From assembly GCA_964534295.1 (NCBI GenBank), contig CAZHOC010000001.1, positions 1 through 45,442 of the forward strand: DNA of 45,442 nucleotides, read 5' to 3'. Shown here piece by piece: positions 17,812-26,890 of this stretch (position 1 is the stretch's first letter; each line of letters opens with the position of its first letter). The notes beneath the pieces were generated by a model. That model made no database searches and was not told the origin of the DNA. It was given only the letters and a program-made list of their open reading frames with translations. The stretch comes from an uncultured Bacteroidia bacterium (GTDB lineage Bacteria; Bacteroidota; Bacteroidia; J057). The position numbers and the translations under genes were made by a program.

Positions 17812-18270
17812 ATGGACCCAATTGACTTGAAAATCCTTGACATGCTTCAGGCTAATTCTCGCCGAACAGCCAAAGAAATGGCAATGGAATTATCCCTGAC
17901 TTCCACCCCTGTTTATGAACGCATCAAGAAATTAGAAAAGGCAGGATATATCAAGCAATATGTCGCTCTGCTCAATACTGATTTGCTCAATAAGCAAATC
18001 ATCGTCTTTATGAATATCACTATTAAAGACCATCATAAAGAGGCGCGAGATGAATTTGTGCAAAGCATGGAGGCACTAGATCAAGTCTCCGAATTTTATC
18101 ATACCTCAGGCAGCTTTGACTTTTTGGCCAAAGTTAGGTTCGCCAATATCAAAGACTATAGAGATTTTCTCGTCAACCAAGTAGCTGCTATCCGCAATAT
18201 CAGTGACATTGATAGTCAAATTGTACTAGAGGAAATCAAATATTCTACCAAAGTAGCGCTGGACAAATAA
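17812..18270 (+). CDS. Lrp/AsnC family transcriptional regulator
   Basis: 152 aa. MDPIDLKILDMLQANSRRTAKEMAMELSLTSTPVYERIKKLEKAGYI is the canonical HTH_AsnC N-terminus, followed by a RAM-type C-terminal domain. Confidence 0.92.
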   Translation: MDPIDLKILDMLQANSRRTAKEMAMELSLTSTPVYERIKKLEKAGYIKQYVALLNTDLLNKQIIVFMNITIKDHHKEARDEFVQSMEALDQVSEFYHTSGSFDFLAKVRFANIKDYRDFLVNQVAAIRNISDIDSQIVLEEIKYSTKVALDK

Positions 18271-18286
18271 GCGTTCTGCGCAGCAG
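18269..18286. repeat. Solo terminal motif (aagcgttctgcgcagcag) overlapping the lrp stop codon
   Basis: It is the same sequence as the right ends of elements E2 and E3. Confidence 0.6.
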
Positions 18287-18347
18287 CTCACATTTATTTC
18301 AAAAAGAAGAATAGGTATCTTATCAAGATCATACCAATGCGAAGCCA

Positions 18348-19898
18348 ATGATTTTGATCCCTACTCTCTGCCTACGAACTAACCTAAGTGTTTTTCTCTC
18401 GCTTCTCATCTCTGCTTTGCTTTTTTCTGCATGTGCAGAAACCGAGCCCAATCGACCCAACATCATTATCATCTATGCAGACGACATGGGCTATGGGGAC
18501 CTAAACTGTCAAAATCCAAACTCCAAAATCCCCACTCCCAATCTTGACAAACTTGCGTCAGAAGGTATGCGCTTTACCGATGCCCATAGTTCTTCCGGTA
18601 TTTGCTCGCCCAGTCGCTTCGCCCTCCTTACGGGTAGTTATCATTGGCGTAGACAGCATGGCATAGTGGGAGCCTTTGGTAAACCGTTTTTTGAGGATAC
18701 AGATATCACTTTACCCCAACTTTTAAAGGCAGATGCTTATCAAACGGCTTGTATTGGTAAATGGCATTTGGGTTGGAATTGGCCCTTTAAAAATGAGCCC
18801 TCCGGAGAAGTCATGCAATGGGGCAAGGTGAGGAAATATTATTTGCCTGAAGACATCGACTGGAGTCAAGCCATCGGCGGAGGTCCCCTAGACCGCGGTT
18901 TTGATTACTACTTTGGTGATGGCACCATTAATTTTCCTCCTTATGCTTGGGTTGAAAATGACCGTTTGCTTGAAGCACCTACCGAAGTAATGGACATCAA
19001 TAATGTGGGTTTTGATACCAAAGAAGGGCAGTGGGAGTTTCGACCAGGACCGAAGGTCAAAGACTGGAATCCCTATGAAGTGCTACCGACCCTGGCTGAT
19101 AAGACCGTAGAGTGGATAAATAATCGCAATGAAGAGGAACCCTTCTTCTTATACTTTGCCTTACCTTCTCCGCATGCTCCCATCATCCCTAATGATGAGT
19201 TTGATGGAAAATCTCAGGCAGCGGCCTATGGTGATTTTGTCTATCAAACCGATTGGGTAATTGGTCAAGTTCTCAATGTCTTGAAAGAAAAGGGGCTGGA
19301 AGAGAATACCATCATTGTTTTTAGTGCCGACAATGGACCAGAGTCATACGCTTGGGCGCGAGCTGAAAAATTCGATCACTTTAGCATGGGTCAATTTCGG
19401 GGTTTAAAACGCGATGTTTGGGAAGGAGGCCATCGTGTGCCATTGATTGTAAAATGGCCGGGGCAAATCAGGGCCAATTCAGTTTCAGAAGAAGTAATCT
19501 CTCAAGTGGATTTGATGGCTACATTAGCAAAGTTGACGAATATCAACTTGCCCGAAAATGCAGCCCCTGATAGCTATGATTTTACTGAGGTTTTTCTGGG
19601 AAAAGCCTATCACTCACCCATAAGAGAGGCGACCGTTCATAATACCTATGAATCAACTTGGGGCCTCCGAAAAGGCGACTGGCTATACATCAACAGTAAT
19701 ACTGGCGGCCATCGGAAACTACCTACATCCTTTCAAGAATTAAAGGGCTATTCGGATTTTGAAACGCAGGGAATCTTATTTGATATGAAAAAAGATGCCG
19801 AGCAACGCACCAACCTATACCAAGCTTACCCAGAAAAGGTCGCCGAAATGGATAGCCTGATACAGCTTTATCGAGCTTCTGAGAGGACGGTGCGCTGA
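18348..19898 (+). CDS. Arylsulfatase (formylglycine-dependent sulfatase family), probable lipoprotein
   Basis: 516 aa. The signal or lipobox is LLFSACAE. Motifs include [14 protein letters not shown], the FGly motif [11 protein letters not shown] and GKWHLG. Confidence 0.9.
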   Translation: MILIPTLCLRTNLSVFLSLLISALLFSACAETEPNRPNIIIIYADDMGYGDLNCQNPNSKIPTPNLDKLASEGMRFTDAHSSSGICSPSRFALLTGSYHWRRQHGIVGAFGKPFFEDTDITLPQLLKADAYQTACIGKWHLGWNWPFKNEPSGEVMQWGKVRKYYLPEDIDWSQAIGGGPLDRGFDYYFGDGTINFPPYAWVENDRLLEAPTEVMDINNVGFDTKEGQWEFRPGPKVKDWNPYEVLPTLADKTVEWINNRNEEEPFFLYFALPSPHAPIIPNDEFDGKSQAAAYGDFVYQTDWVIGQVLNVLKEKGLEENTIIVFSADNGPESYAWARAEKFDHFSMGQFRGLKRDVWEGGHRVPLIVKWPGQIRANSVSEEVISQVDLMATLAKLTNINLPENAAPDSYDFTEVFLGKAYHSPIREATVHNTYESTWGLRKGDWLYINSNTGGHRKLPTSFQELKGYSDFETQGILFDMKKDAEQRTNLYQAYPEKVAEMDSLIQLYRASERTVR

Positions 19899-19913
19899 TT
19901 TTTTTTATGAGGC

Positions 19914-20128
19914 CCGCTTCGCGGAACGCTTGTCGCTCAATAATCGTCTAATCATTTCGACGGAGCGCAGCGACGAGAAATCTCCTTGACTTCTAGATGT
20001 ATTTACAATTGAGCGATAGGAGATTTCTCGTCGGCCGTTGCCCTCTGTCGAAATGCAAATTTGATGGGTTTTAGTTGCGCCAAGGCACTGCCTTGGCGCG
20101 TGCTTGGTATAAGCGTTCTGCGCAGCAG
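19914..20128. mobile_element. MITE/REPIN-like element E2 (215 bp)
   Basis: The left end is ccgcttcgcggaacgcttgtcgc and the right end is ataagcgttctgcgcagcag. The internal long hairpin spans 19953-20055, followed by the palindrome gcgccaaggcactgccttggcgc. Confidence 0.75.
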
Positions 20129-20249
20129 TAAAAAAAAGCCCGCTCACTCAGTGAACGGGCAGCAGTCTCTTGGTTTGGGGTTTACATTAGATTTCGACAA
20201 AAGAACGATATTAGCGAGACTGGATTCGCGGAAGTCGTTCCTTAATGTG

Positions 20250-21179
20250 TTAGGGAATTACGACCACGAGGTATTTACTCATAGACCAAAATCGTTCCGA
20301 ATCTATGATTTGTAAGCTCCTCATTTTGTCATCATTGACTAAGTGAAAGTGATATGAGTCTACAGGATGCTGACTGGCTAGACGTACTTTGTTGCTAACC
20401 ACCCACATACCTTCAAATTCACTGATGTTTACGGGGGTCAGTACTGACTGATCTAATTCTGGAATTACTTTATATTTTTTACCAAGACCGGGAATGAGCC
20501 CATCTTTTTTGATGACATTTTTGTCTAGTAAATCCTTTTCCGATCCTACGATATAGTAGCCTCTTTTGAGTGCCTCATCTTTTTGACGGATAGTGTCCTC
20601 TTTTTGATAGATACTCGATTCTTGCTCGGCAATCACTTCTGCCTGTACTCGAGAAAGAGAGATTAAGCGTTGATTGATCATTTCTAGGCTATCCAGTTCT
20701 TGGCTTTGAGCATGTTGCTGTTGACTAAGTTCAACGATGGCGCTTTGCTTTAAGTATTGATCGCGCTTGCGAATGCGCAAATCTAATTGGAGGCTATCCA
20801 CCAAAAACTCAAACTGAGTCAATTTTCCATTACTGTTTGTAACCTGCTGTTTGAGCTTTTTGATTATGAGTTGGTTCTGATCCAATAGATCATTGATGAT
20901 CTGAAGGTCCGTGAGGATCTTTTCTTTTTGGTCAGGGCTCAACTCCGGGTCTATATCCTCTAAAGTCAGGAGATTTTCCTTTTCCATAATCATATTGAGG
21001 TTACCCTCAAAGGCATCAAAAAAGACCAGAAATTCCTGTATGACAGAGTCTTGACCTTGGGCCTGAAGCTTGAGTAGTCGGTTTCTATTCCTCAGGTGGG
21101 CTGCTTCATCATCATTACAGACTGCTAACAATAGCGATAAAAAGATCGCTATGATCAGTGAGATCGTAAAGTTTTTCAT
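20250..21179 (-). CDS. Hypothetical coiled-coil lipoprotein
   Basis: 309 aa. The lipoprotein signal is MKNFTISLIIAIFLSLLLAVCNDDE. The central region is heptad-rich and Q/E/L-rich. I recognise no catalytic motif. Confidence 0.6.
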   Translation of the reverse strand: MKNFTISLIIAIFLSLLLAVCNDDEAAHLRNRNRLLKLQAQGQDSVIQEFLVFFDAFEGNLNMIMEKENLLTLEDIDPELSPDQKEKILTDLQIINDLLDQNQLIIKKLKQQVTNSNGKLTQFEFLVDSLQLDLRIRKRDQYLKQSAIVELSQQQHAQSQELDSLEMINQRLISLSRVQAEVIAEQESSIYQKEDTIRQKDEALKRGYYIVGSEKDLLDKNVIKKDGLIPGLGKKYKVIPELDQSVLTPVNISEFEGMWVVSNKVRLASQHPVDSYHFHLVNDDKMRSLQIIDSERFWSMSKYLVVVIP

Positions 21180-21530
21180 AATAGCAAGAGCTAAGGGTTT
21201 GAATGTTTGCGTGTCAATCTAGCTGCCCAACAACTATTCCGTAAAACCGAACCACTTACAAACGGCTGATAGCCAGTTTTATAGATAAAAGTAGATGTGT
21301 AAAATTTACCGGATTGAGAAAAGGATTATCATTTTGAATAAATGAAATATATGATTCAGGGTTTCGAAATAAGACTAAGACCAATCCTTGAGACTGCTGC
21401 AAAAAGGACGATAAAATCAGCTGGAGAGCTGTGGAATTCGATGGTTAAGATGATCTTTTTATTTTGAATAATGACCAAACTTATAAGTAAGTGTTAAATT
21501 ATCTAACAGTATTATATTAATAGCAAAAAC

Positions 21531-22046
21531 ATGAAAATCATCTATCTGAGCCTTCTTTTGGGGCTTACGGCTTATTCGCCGAACGCTAAGTCTGAGCGTT
21601 CCCCGCAGGGTGAATCCCAAACCATCCACCTCCTCAAAATCAATACTGGCTGCTATACTTGGGATATCGAATGGATCAAAATCGAAGTGGAGGAAGCAAA
21701 CATCCAATTGCAATACCGAAATGAGGTCATACTCGAAAAGGAGTTTTTTGCCCCCGCTCTCAACGAATCAGTAAAGGCAGATTGGATTCAAAAGATGTTA
21801 ATCGGAGTCCCCTTGGAAATCAATAGCGATCGACTGCAAGTCCAGCAAATGAATGCCGCTAGCACCATTGAATTGAGTCCCAAAGCCTGGGAAACAATAA
21901 ATTCTTTACCAAATCTCGAACAAAACCACCTAGCAAGTGGCATCAATACTACTTGGGTACAGATTGAAGGTAATAAATTGATTATCAGTAATAAAACCCT
22001 GGATCTTAATTTTGATCTCCTCAAAAAAAAGCTGCTTTCGAGATAG
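21531..22046 (+). CDS. Hypothetical secreted protein
   Basis: 171 aa with an N-terminal signal peptide (MKIIYLSLLLGLTAYSPNAKS). I do not recognise the family. Confidence 0.5.
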   Translation: MKIIYLSLLLGLTAYSPNAKSERSPQGESQTIHLLKINTGCYTWDIEWIKIEVEEANIQLQYRNEVILEKEFFAPALNESVKADWIQKMLIGVPLEINSDRLQVQQMNAASTIELSPKAWETINSLPNLEQNHLASGINTTWVQIEGNKLIISNKTLDLNFDLLKKKLLSR

Positions 22047-22146
22047 GCTTCGCCAAAAAAACTGATTTTTTTTATGGCTGTATTAAACCTCGGGCTGGGG
22101 GCAGAGTCAAAAGGGTGTTCAACAACAACAAACAACAGTAAAAAAA

Positions 22147-22470
22147 ATGAAAGCCATTTATCTCGTATTCACCCTCGCCTTTATGGGATTGTTCGTTAGC
22201 GTATCGGCTCAAAGTCCTGCCACGCCTAAGGTTACTAAGACACAGGTACAGCAGCAAAAACGCATCAAGCAAGGGGTTCATTCAGGGGAACTCACCCGCC
22301 GTGAAGTCCGCAATCTCCAAGCCCAACAAGCCAATGTCCAACGCACCAAGCGCCGCGCCAAAGCGGACGGAGTCGTTACCCCACGCGAGCGTGTCATTAT
22401 TCACTCCAAGCAAAAGCGCGCCAGTGTCAATATAGCTCGGCAGAAGCACGATGCACAGGATCGACATTAA
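22147..22470 (+). CDS. Small secreted, highly basic protein with two ~31-aa internal repeats
   Basis: 107 aa with signal MKAIYLVFTLAFMGLFVSVSAQS. The two repeats are GVHSGELTRREVRNLQAQQANVQRTKRRA and DGVVTPRERVIIHSKQKRASVNIARQKHDA. A clean terminator follows. Confidence 0.6.
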   Translation: MKAIYLVFTLAFMGLFVSVSAQSPATPKVTKTQVQQQKRIKQGVHSGELTRREVRNLQAQQANVQRTKRRAKADGVVTPRERVIIHSKQKRASVNIARQKHDAQDRH

Positions 22471-22492
22471 TCATATCTGACACAGATGATGG

Positions 22493-22525
22493 GCCCCTAT
22501 GATTCATTTCATAGGGGCTTTTTTT
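22493..22525 (+). terminator. Rho-independent terminator
   Basis: The stem is gcccctatg (22493-22501) paired with cataggggc (22510-22518). The loop is 8 nt and is followed by ttttttt (22519-22525). Confidence 0.8.
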
Positions 22526-22584
22526 ATTAAAGCGGCTTTAGCTCTAAATTAGTAGTGTATATTTTTTAGCATAAACCAATTTTA

Positions 22585-24927
22585 ATGAAAACACTTAAGT
22601 ACTGCTTCATCGTCTGGAGCATCATTGGAGCGTCCATCCTTCCTGCTCAGGATCTCCAAAACTATGAACCTCTAAAGTCTTCAGGCACCTTACCCAAAGA
22701 GTTTCGCACGACCACCTATGAACAGGTTGCCAACCAACAAGCCGGGATTTCTAAGCAAACCCGCAACAGCACCACCCAAAAAGATCTCGAAAACTTTTAT
22801 CTAGAAACCAATTATGCGCTCGATGAGCTACTGCGCAGTGGGCAGGTACTGTACAATGATCCAATCGGCGATTATGTCAATGATGTGGTCGATGAGATCC
22901 TCAAAGACCAACCCGCTTTTCGCAAAAAGTTGAGCGTCTTTGTGGTGAAGTCGCCCGTGGCGAACGCTTTTGCCCATCAGCGAGGAGTCATTTTGGTCAA
23001 CACAGGCCTGATCGCTCGACTCGAAACGGAGGCTCAATTGGCCTTCATTCTTTGTCATGAGATCGCGCACCTTATGCTTGAGCACAATCAAGCCATCTAT
23101 CTCAAAACCAAAGACTTGCAATACGGTAGGGGAGAGTATCGCAAGCAATCGATCTCTGATCGCCTGCTTACGCGTAGCGCTTATTCTCGCGAAAATGAGA
23201 CCGAAGCCGATATTGAAGGTCTGAAGCTTTATCTCAAGACGGGCTATTCCTTCGACAATATCGCTGAGGTATTTTCATTACTCGAAACTGCCGGCGAACC
23301 TCAATCTCCGCTAGTTACCTATTCTAGCCTTTGGCCAGAAAGCTTTCGCAATGACAGTGCGATGATGGCGCTGATCGAGAAAAACCTTTTTCCCAAGGAA
23401 AAGAAAAAATCTGACTCTGGTTCAGACGAAGAAGCAAGCTTTATCACAGGCTTTGAAGATGAAAAGGAAACAGAAGAGGAAGAAGAGGAGAGCTTTATCA
23501 CTGGCTATGAGGATGAAGAAGAAGAGACAGAAGGCCTAAGACCGGTTGAGAAACCGGATGAGATTTCAGATTTAGAGTCTGAAAATGAAGAGAAAGCCAT
23601 TGTCGACTCTGATGAAGAAGATCCTGAATACGACGAATACGATACGCACCCAGCCGCTTCAGAGCGCAAAAAGATCATCGAAAATGAAGTAAAGCGCTTC
23701 TCCAAATCAGATGATAAAAGCCTATTTCTCGTCTCCCCAGCGCGTTTTACCAATCTACGTACAGTAGCCCAGTTTGAGAGCTGTGTGCTCTTTCTCCAAA
23801 ACTCCGCTTATTTCGATGCCTTATACCAAGCATTAGTGCTTAAGCAAGAAGGAGAAACTTCCCCTTATCTCGACGATATGATCGGCAAGGCCTTATATGG
23901 GATTGCCAAATACAAATTTGAAGGCGAGACTTATCCCAAAATCTTTGAGTATGTCATTGATCGCAACATCCCTGGTTCTGACCTTTATAAGCGTCTGCGC
24001 CGATTTGATATGAACGATATGTTGTGGCTGGCTTTTGATTACAACTATCAGATCTACCAAGAGGATAAAGCAGACGTTCATCGCAAAGCGATTTTGACTG
24101 ATCTTTTGATTGATGTCCAATATCTAGAAGAGGATGCTGGTTTGACAGACTTCTTCGAAGAACGCACTGCCGAGAGTCGCAAAGACAATGGCCTGACTGA
24201 GATTTGGGAGGAAGCGACTCGTCGCTATGATCGTCTCAAGCAAAGAGAAGACTTTTTTGGTAGCCGTGAGGGCCGCAATTTTGTCAACAGCTGGCAAAAA
24301 GATATTACCAAAAAGGGCTATAGGCTGGGCATAGATAAGATCGTCATCTTCGATCCCCTTTTCTTGCGTACTGATCAACGCAAAGAACAAGCCACTCAAT
24401 TGGTTAGCTCCGAGCAACAGCAGATCGAAATCAAGGAGATGCTAGAACGTTCTGCCGATAAACTTGATCTGGACATCACCATTTTGGATAGCAAAATATC
24501 GGGTAAGGATATATCCGCCGATTATTGGAATGAAATCGAGCTTCTCAATCGCTGGCATAAGGAGAAATTAAATCAGGAAGTTGGACGTATGGTCAGCAGT
24601 AGCTTCGGAGAAATCTTTGCGCTACAAGAAAAATATGGTACGCCTTACTTCTTCCATACTGGAGTGCTTTCGCTACGCGAAACCAAGGATGGCGAAGATT
24701 ACCTTTACGCTTGTTGCGCAGCAGCCCTGGTTTACACGGCCCCACTAGCCATTTATATCTTGGTCAAACCCGAAGAAACCAGCTACACTTATGGCATCAT
24801 GTATGACCTCTCCGACGAATCCACTGAAGCAATTATGCTCAATGAGATGAACATGCGTGCCACTCCAGCTGTGATCGAAACCAATCTGCACTACCAACTC
24901 CACCAAATCAAAAAAGCCAAGAAATAA
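22585..24927 (+). CDS. M48-family zinc metallopeptidase with a large acidic insertion and a long C-terminal extension
   Basis: 780 aa with a signal peptide. The HExxH motif sits in LAFILCHEIAHLMLEH, with a downstream ENETEAD. The acidic low-complexity tract lies at about residues 262-352. Confidence 0.8.
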   Translation: MKTLKYCFIVWSIIGASILPAQDLQNYEPLKSSGTLPKEFRTTTYEQVANQQAGISKQTRNSTTQKDLENFYLETNYALDELLRSGQVLYNDPIGDYVNDVVDEILKDQPAFRKKLSVFVVKSPVANAFAHQRGVILVNTGLIARLETEAQLAFILCHEIAHLMLEHNQAIYLKTKDLQYGRGEYRKQSISDRLLTRSAYSRENETEADIEGLKLYLKTGYSFDNIAEVFSLLETAGEPQSPLVTYSSLWPESFRNDSAMMALIEKNLFPKEKKKSDSGSDEEASFITGFEDEKETEEEEEESFITGYEDEEEETEGLRPVEKPDEISDLESENEEKAIVDSDEEDPEYDEYDTHPAASERKKIIENEVKRFSKSDDKSLFLVSPARFTNLRTVAQFESCVLFLQNSAYFDALYQALVLKQEGETSPYLDDMIGKALYGIAKYKFEGETYPKIFEYVIDRNIPGSDLYKRLRRFDMNDMLWLAFDYNYQIYQEDKADVHRKAILTDLLIDVQYLEEDAGLTDFFEERTAESRKDNGLTEIWEEATRRYDRLKQREDFFGSREGRNFVNSWQKDITKKGYRLGIDKIVIFDPLFLRTDQRKEQATQLVSSEQQQIEIKEMLERSADKLDLDITILDSKISGKDISADYWNEIELLNRWHKEKLNQEVGRMVSSSFGEIFALQEKYGTPYFFHTGVLSLRETKDGEDYLYACCAAALVYTAPLAIYILVKPEETSYTYGIMYDLSDESTEAIMLNEMNMRATPAVIETNLHYQLHQIKKAKK

Positions 24928-25553
24928 TGTCAAAACGATATATATGCCTACTCTGCCTGCTTCTACCCATCATTGTATGGGGGCAGGGCTTCAAAGGCAA
25001 AACCCTCTTGATCACCCCTCACATTAGCGGCATCTACATAGGTGACAATGATCAAATCATGAATAATGTGTTGACGGCTAATGTCGACATCGAAAAAACC
25101 ATCAACCGATCCTACAGCTTTGGGCTTAGAGCGTATACGCAACTCAATGATGAAGATTTTCAGTGGGAAGCTCCTATTACCAGCCGCACCATTAATGGGC
25201 AGTTTACAGGATATGGCTATGGTGTTTTCCTTAGAAGATACTTTTTCAATTTCGGCGCGATCGCGCCTTTAGGTACTTTTTTTCAAGTAGGCGTTTCACG
25301 CAATACTTATACCGTTCTAGATGATCTTGAAGTAGAAGAGTTAAGACTCAAAACCTTGGCAGGCAGTATTACCTACGGTCTCAATTGGTTCCTAGGCAAT
25401 AATGTGCTCCTATTTTCTGCCTTAGAGTTTAAATATGAGCTACCTGATTATCCCTCTGGTACTGATAATGATTTTGCCTTTAGATTTAATAATGAGCTGA
25501 GGGAAACCTTACCGATTAGTTTCAAACTCGGTCTCACCATCCCAATACTTTAA
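24927..25553 (+). CDS. Hypothetical secreted protein, probable small outer-membrane beta-barrel
   Basis: 208 aa with a signal peptide. It shows alternating hydrophobic beta-strand patterning and an aromatic-rich C-terminus. Its start overlaps the M48 stop (TAATG). Confidence 0.5.
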   Translation: MSKRYICLLCLLLPIIVWGQGFKGKTLLITPHISGIYIGDNDQIMNNVLTANVDIEKTINRSYSFGLRAYTQLNDEDFQWEAPITSRTINGQFTGYGYGVFLRRYFFNFGAIAPLGTFFQVGVSRNTYTVLDDLEVEELRLKTLAGSITYGLNWFLGNNVLLFSALEFKYELPDYPSGTDNDFAFRFNNELRETLPISFKLGLTIPIL

Positions 25554-25555
25554 TA

Positions 25556-26272
25556 CTATCCCCCAAACACTTCGCTAAAGACGCGGAGGGTTTGGGGATA
25601 TTTAAAGCCCTCAACATGCGCTTCGTAATAGTCAAAAAGCGTCCGAATAATGTGGCGCTTTTCGACAGTAGAGAAAGTAATCTCCTGACAATCTTGTAGT
25701 TGGCTGCGATAAAATCGCAAAAGTAGTTTTGCGATCGGGTCTGGGTTTTGGCCAGCTTCGCTGAACGTACCCAATCGTATGTCAAAATGCACGCCTCCGC
25801 TTAGACCAGCCTTATCGTTGGGCGAGAAGCCCAAAAAAGCCGTAAGCTGCATCAAAAAATAGATAAAGATATTGACCAGCTTGCGTTCACTCTGATCAAG
25901 ATAGAGGATGTTGTGTCGCAAAAAAGTATAGAGCTGCAGATTGGCTTCCTCCTCTTTGACGGTATCATAAAAGATCTCCATCATGGCCAGTCCAATCGAC
26001 ATTTTGACGGGATCGGTTTGAGCCTCCTGTAAGAGAACGCTAATCTTGCTTTCGTTGATCTTTTGCAAAGAACGATTGTCCTTTTGCAAAAAGACGATAT
26101 CGACAATCGAGAGTGGTTGGAAGTAAGAGTGCCTGCCTCGGCTGCGACTGGAGCGATAGCTTTTTATAATGAAGGACCTGATCCCATACTCCTTGGTATA
26201 TAGGGTCGCGATCAAGTTAGAATCTTGATGCTTTAGGGTACGGAGGACAATGCCTTCAGATTTGAGTATCAC
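25556..26272 (-). CDS. recO: DNA repair protein RecO
   Basis: 238 aa. The N-terminal OB-fold pattern MILKSEGIVLRTLKHQDSNLIATLYTKEYGIRSFIIKSYRSSRSRG...FQPLSIVDIV is typical of RecO. Confidence 0.85.
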   Translation of the reverse strand: MILKSEGIVLRTLKHQDSNLIATLYTKEYGIRSFIIKSYRSSRSRGRHSYFQPLSIVDIVFLQKDNRSLQKINESKISVLLQEAQTDPVKMSIGLAMMEIFYDTVKEEEANLQLYTFLRHNILYLDQSERKLVNIFIYFLMQLTAFLGFSPNDKAGLSGGVHFDIRLGTFSEAGQNPDPIAKLLLRFYRSQLQDCQEITFSTVEKRHIIRTLFDYYEAHVEGFKYPQTLRVFSEVFGG

Positions 26273-26835
26273 GCACTATAGGTCATCGGTGAGGCGATTC
26301 GAGCCGGTCTCAGTTCATGAGCTAGTTCAAGTGAGGCCTTTTCTTCCTCGTAAGATTTGAGCCATTCGGTTACATCTTCTGAGGTATCGATGGTCAATTG
26401 TTTAGCCCCTAAGGGAGACATGGGGTTGGCCGTGAAAACGATGGTTTCGCTAATCTCGAGTTCATTGCGTACTAGCTGTACCATCTCGATAGGATCGGCC
26501 AAAACCGCTTTTCCTTCTTCTGCGATCACAGGTCCCAAAATCAGTACTTGCAGGGGTGAAAGTAGCTTTTCAACCAGTGAAACGTTCAGTTGCAGGAGTC
26601 CAGCCTCATTTCTGGAGAAAAAATTACGCTGATCTCCCGAAAAGGCATTATTATAGATCATCGTTTCGCTCATCAAAGCAGATAAGCGTTTTGTCACAAA
26701 GCGAGTATCAGAAACTGTGCCGCCAAAAGTGTCGTGAATCAAAATTGCCTTCTCCGCGAGCTTAAAATTATGGATCATATCCCGCACAAAGAGACGATCA
26801 CGTAAATTGACTTCAGTAAGATACAGTAATTTCAT
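26269..26835 (-). CDS. Hypothetical protein, translationally coupled to recO
   Basis: 188 aa with a 4-nt overlap with the recO start. It resembles an amino-acid-kinase fold only loosely, so I make no confident family call. Confidence 0.5.
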   Translation of the reverse strand: MKLLYLTEVNLRDRLFVRDMIHNFKLAEKAILIHDTFGGTVSDTRFVTKRLSALMSETMIYNNAFSGDQRNFFSRNEAGLLQLNVSLVEKLLSPLQVLILGPVIAEEGKAVLADPIEMVQLVRNELEISETIVFTANPMSPLGAKQLTIDTSEDVTEWLKSYEEEKASLELAHELRPARIASPMTYSA

Positions 26836-26890
26836 AATGCAAAAATAAGGATTCCCTTTCGTACTTTATCGAATCACAATAAGCAATCCG

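Noticed and set aside
21180-21530. The 350-bp AT-rich divergent intergenic region has repeated ATTTTGAATAA(A)TGA (about 21331 and 21461) and could hold Bacteroidota -7 promoter boxes.
   Set aside because: Neither copy fits TAnnTTTG exactly, and short AT-rich repeats are expected by chance here. This is not enough to call a promoter or an sRNA.
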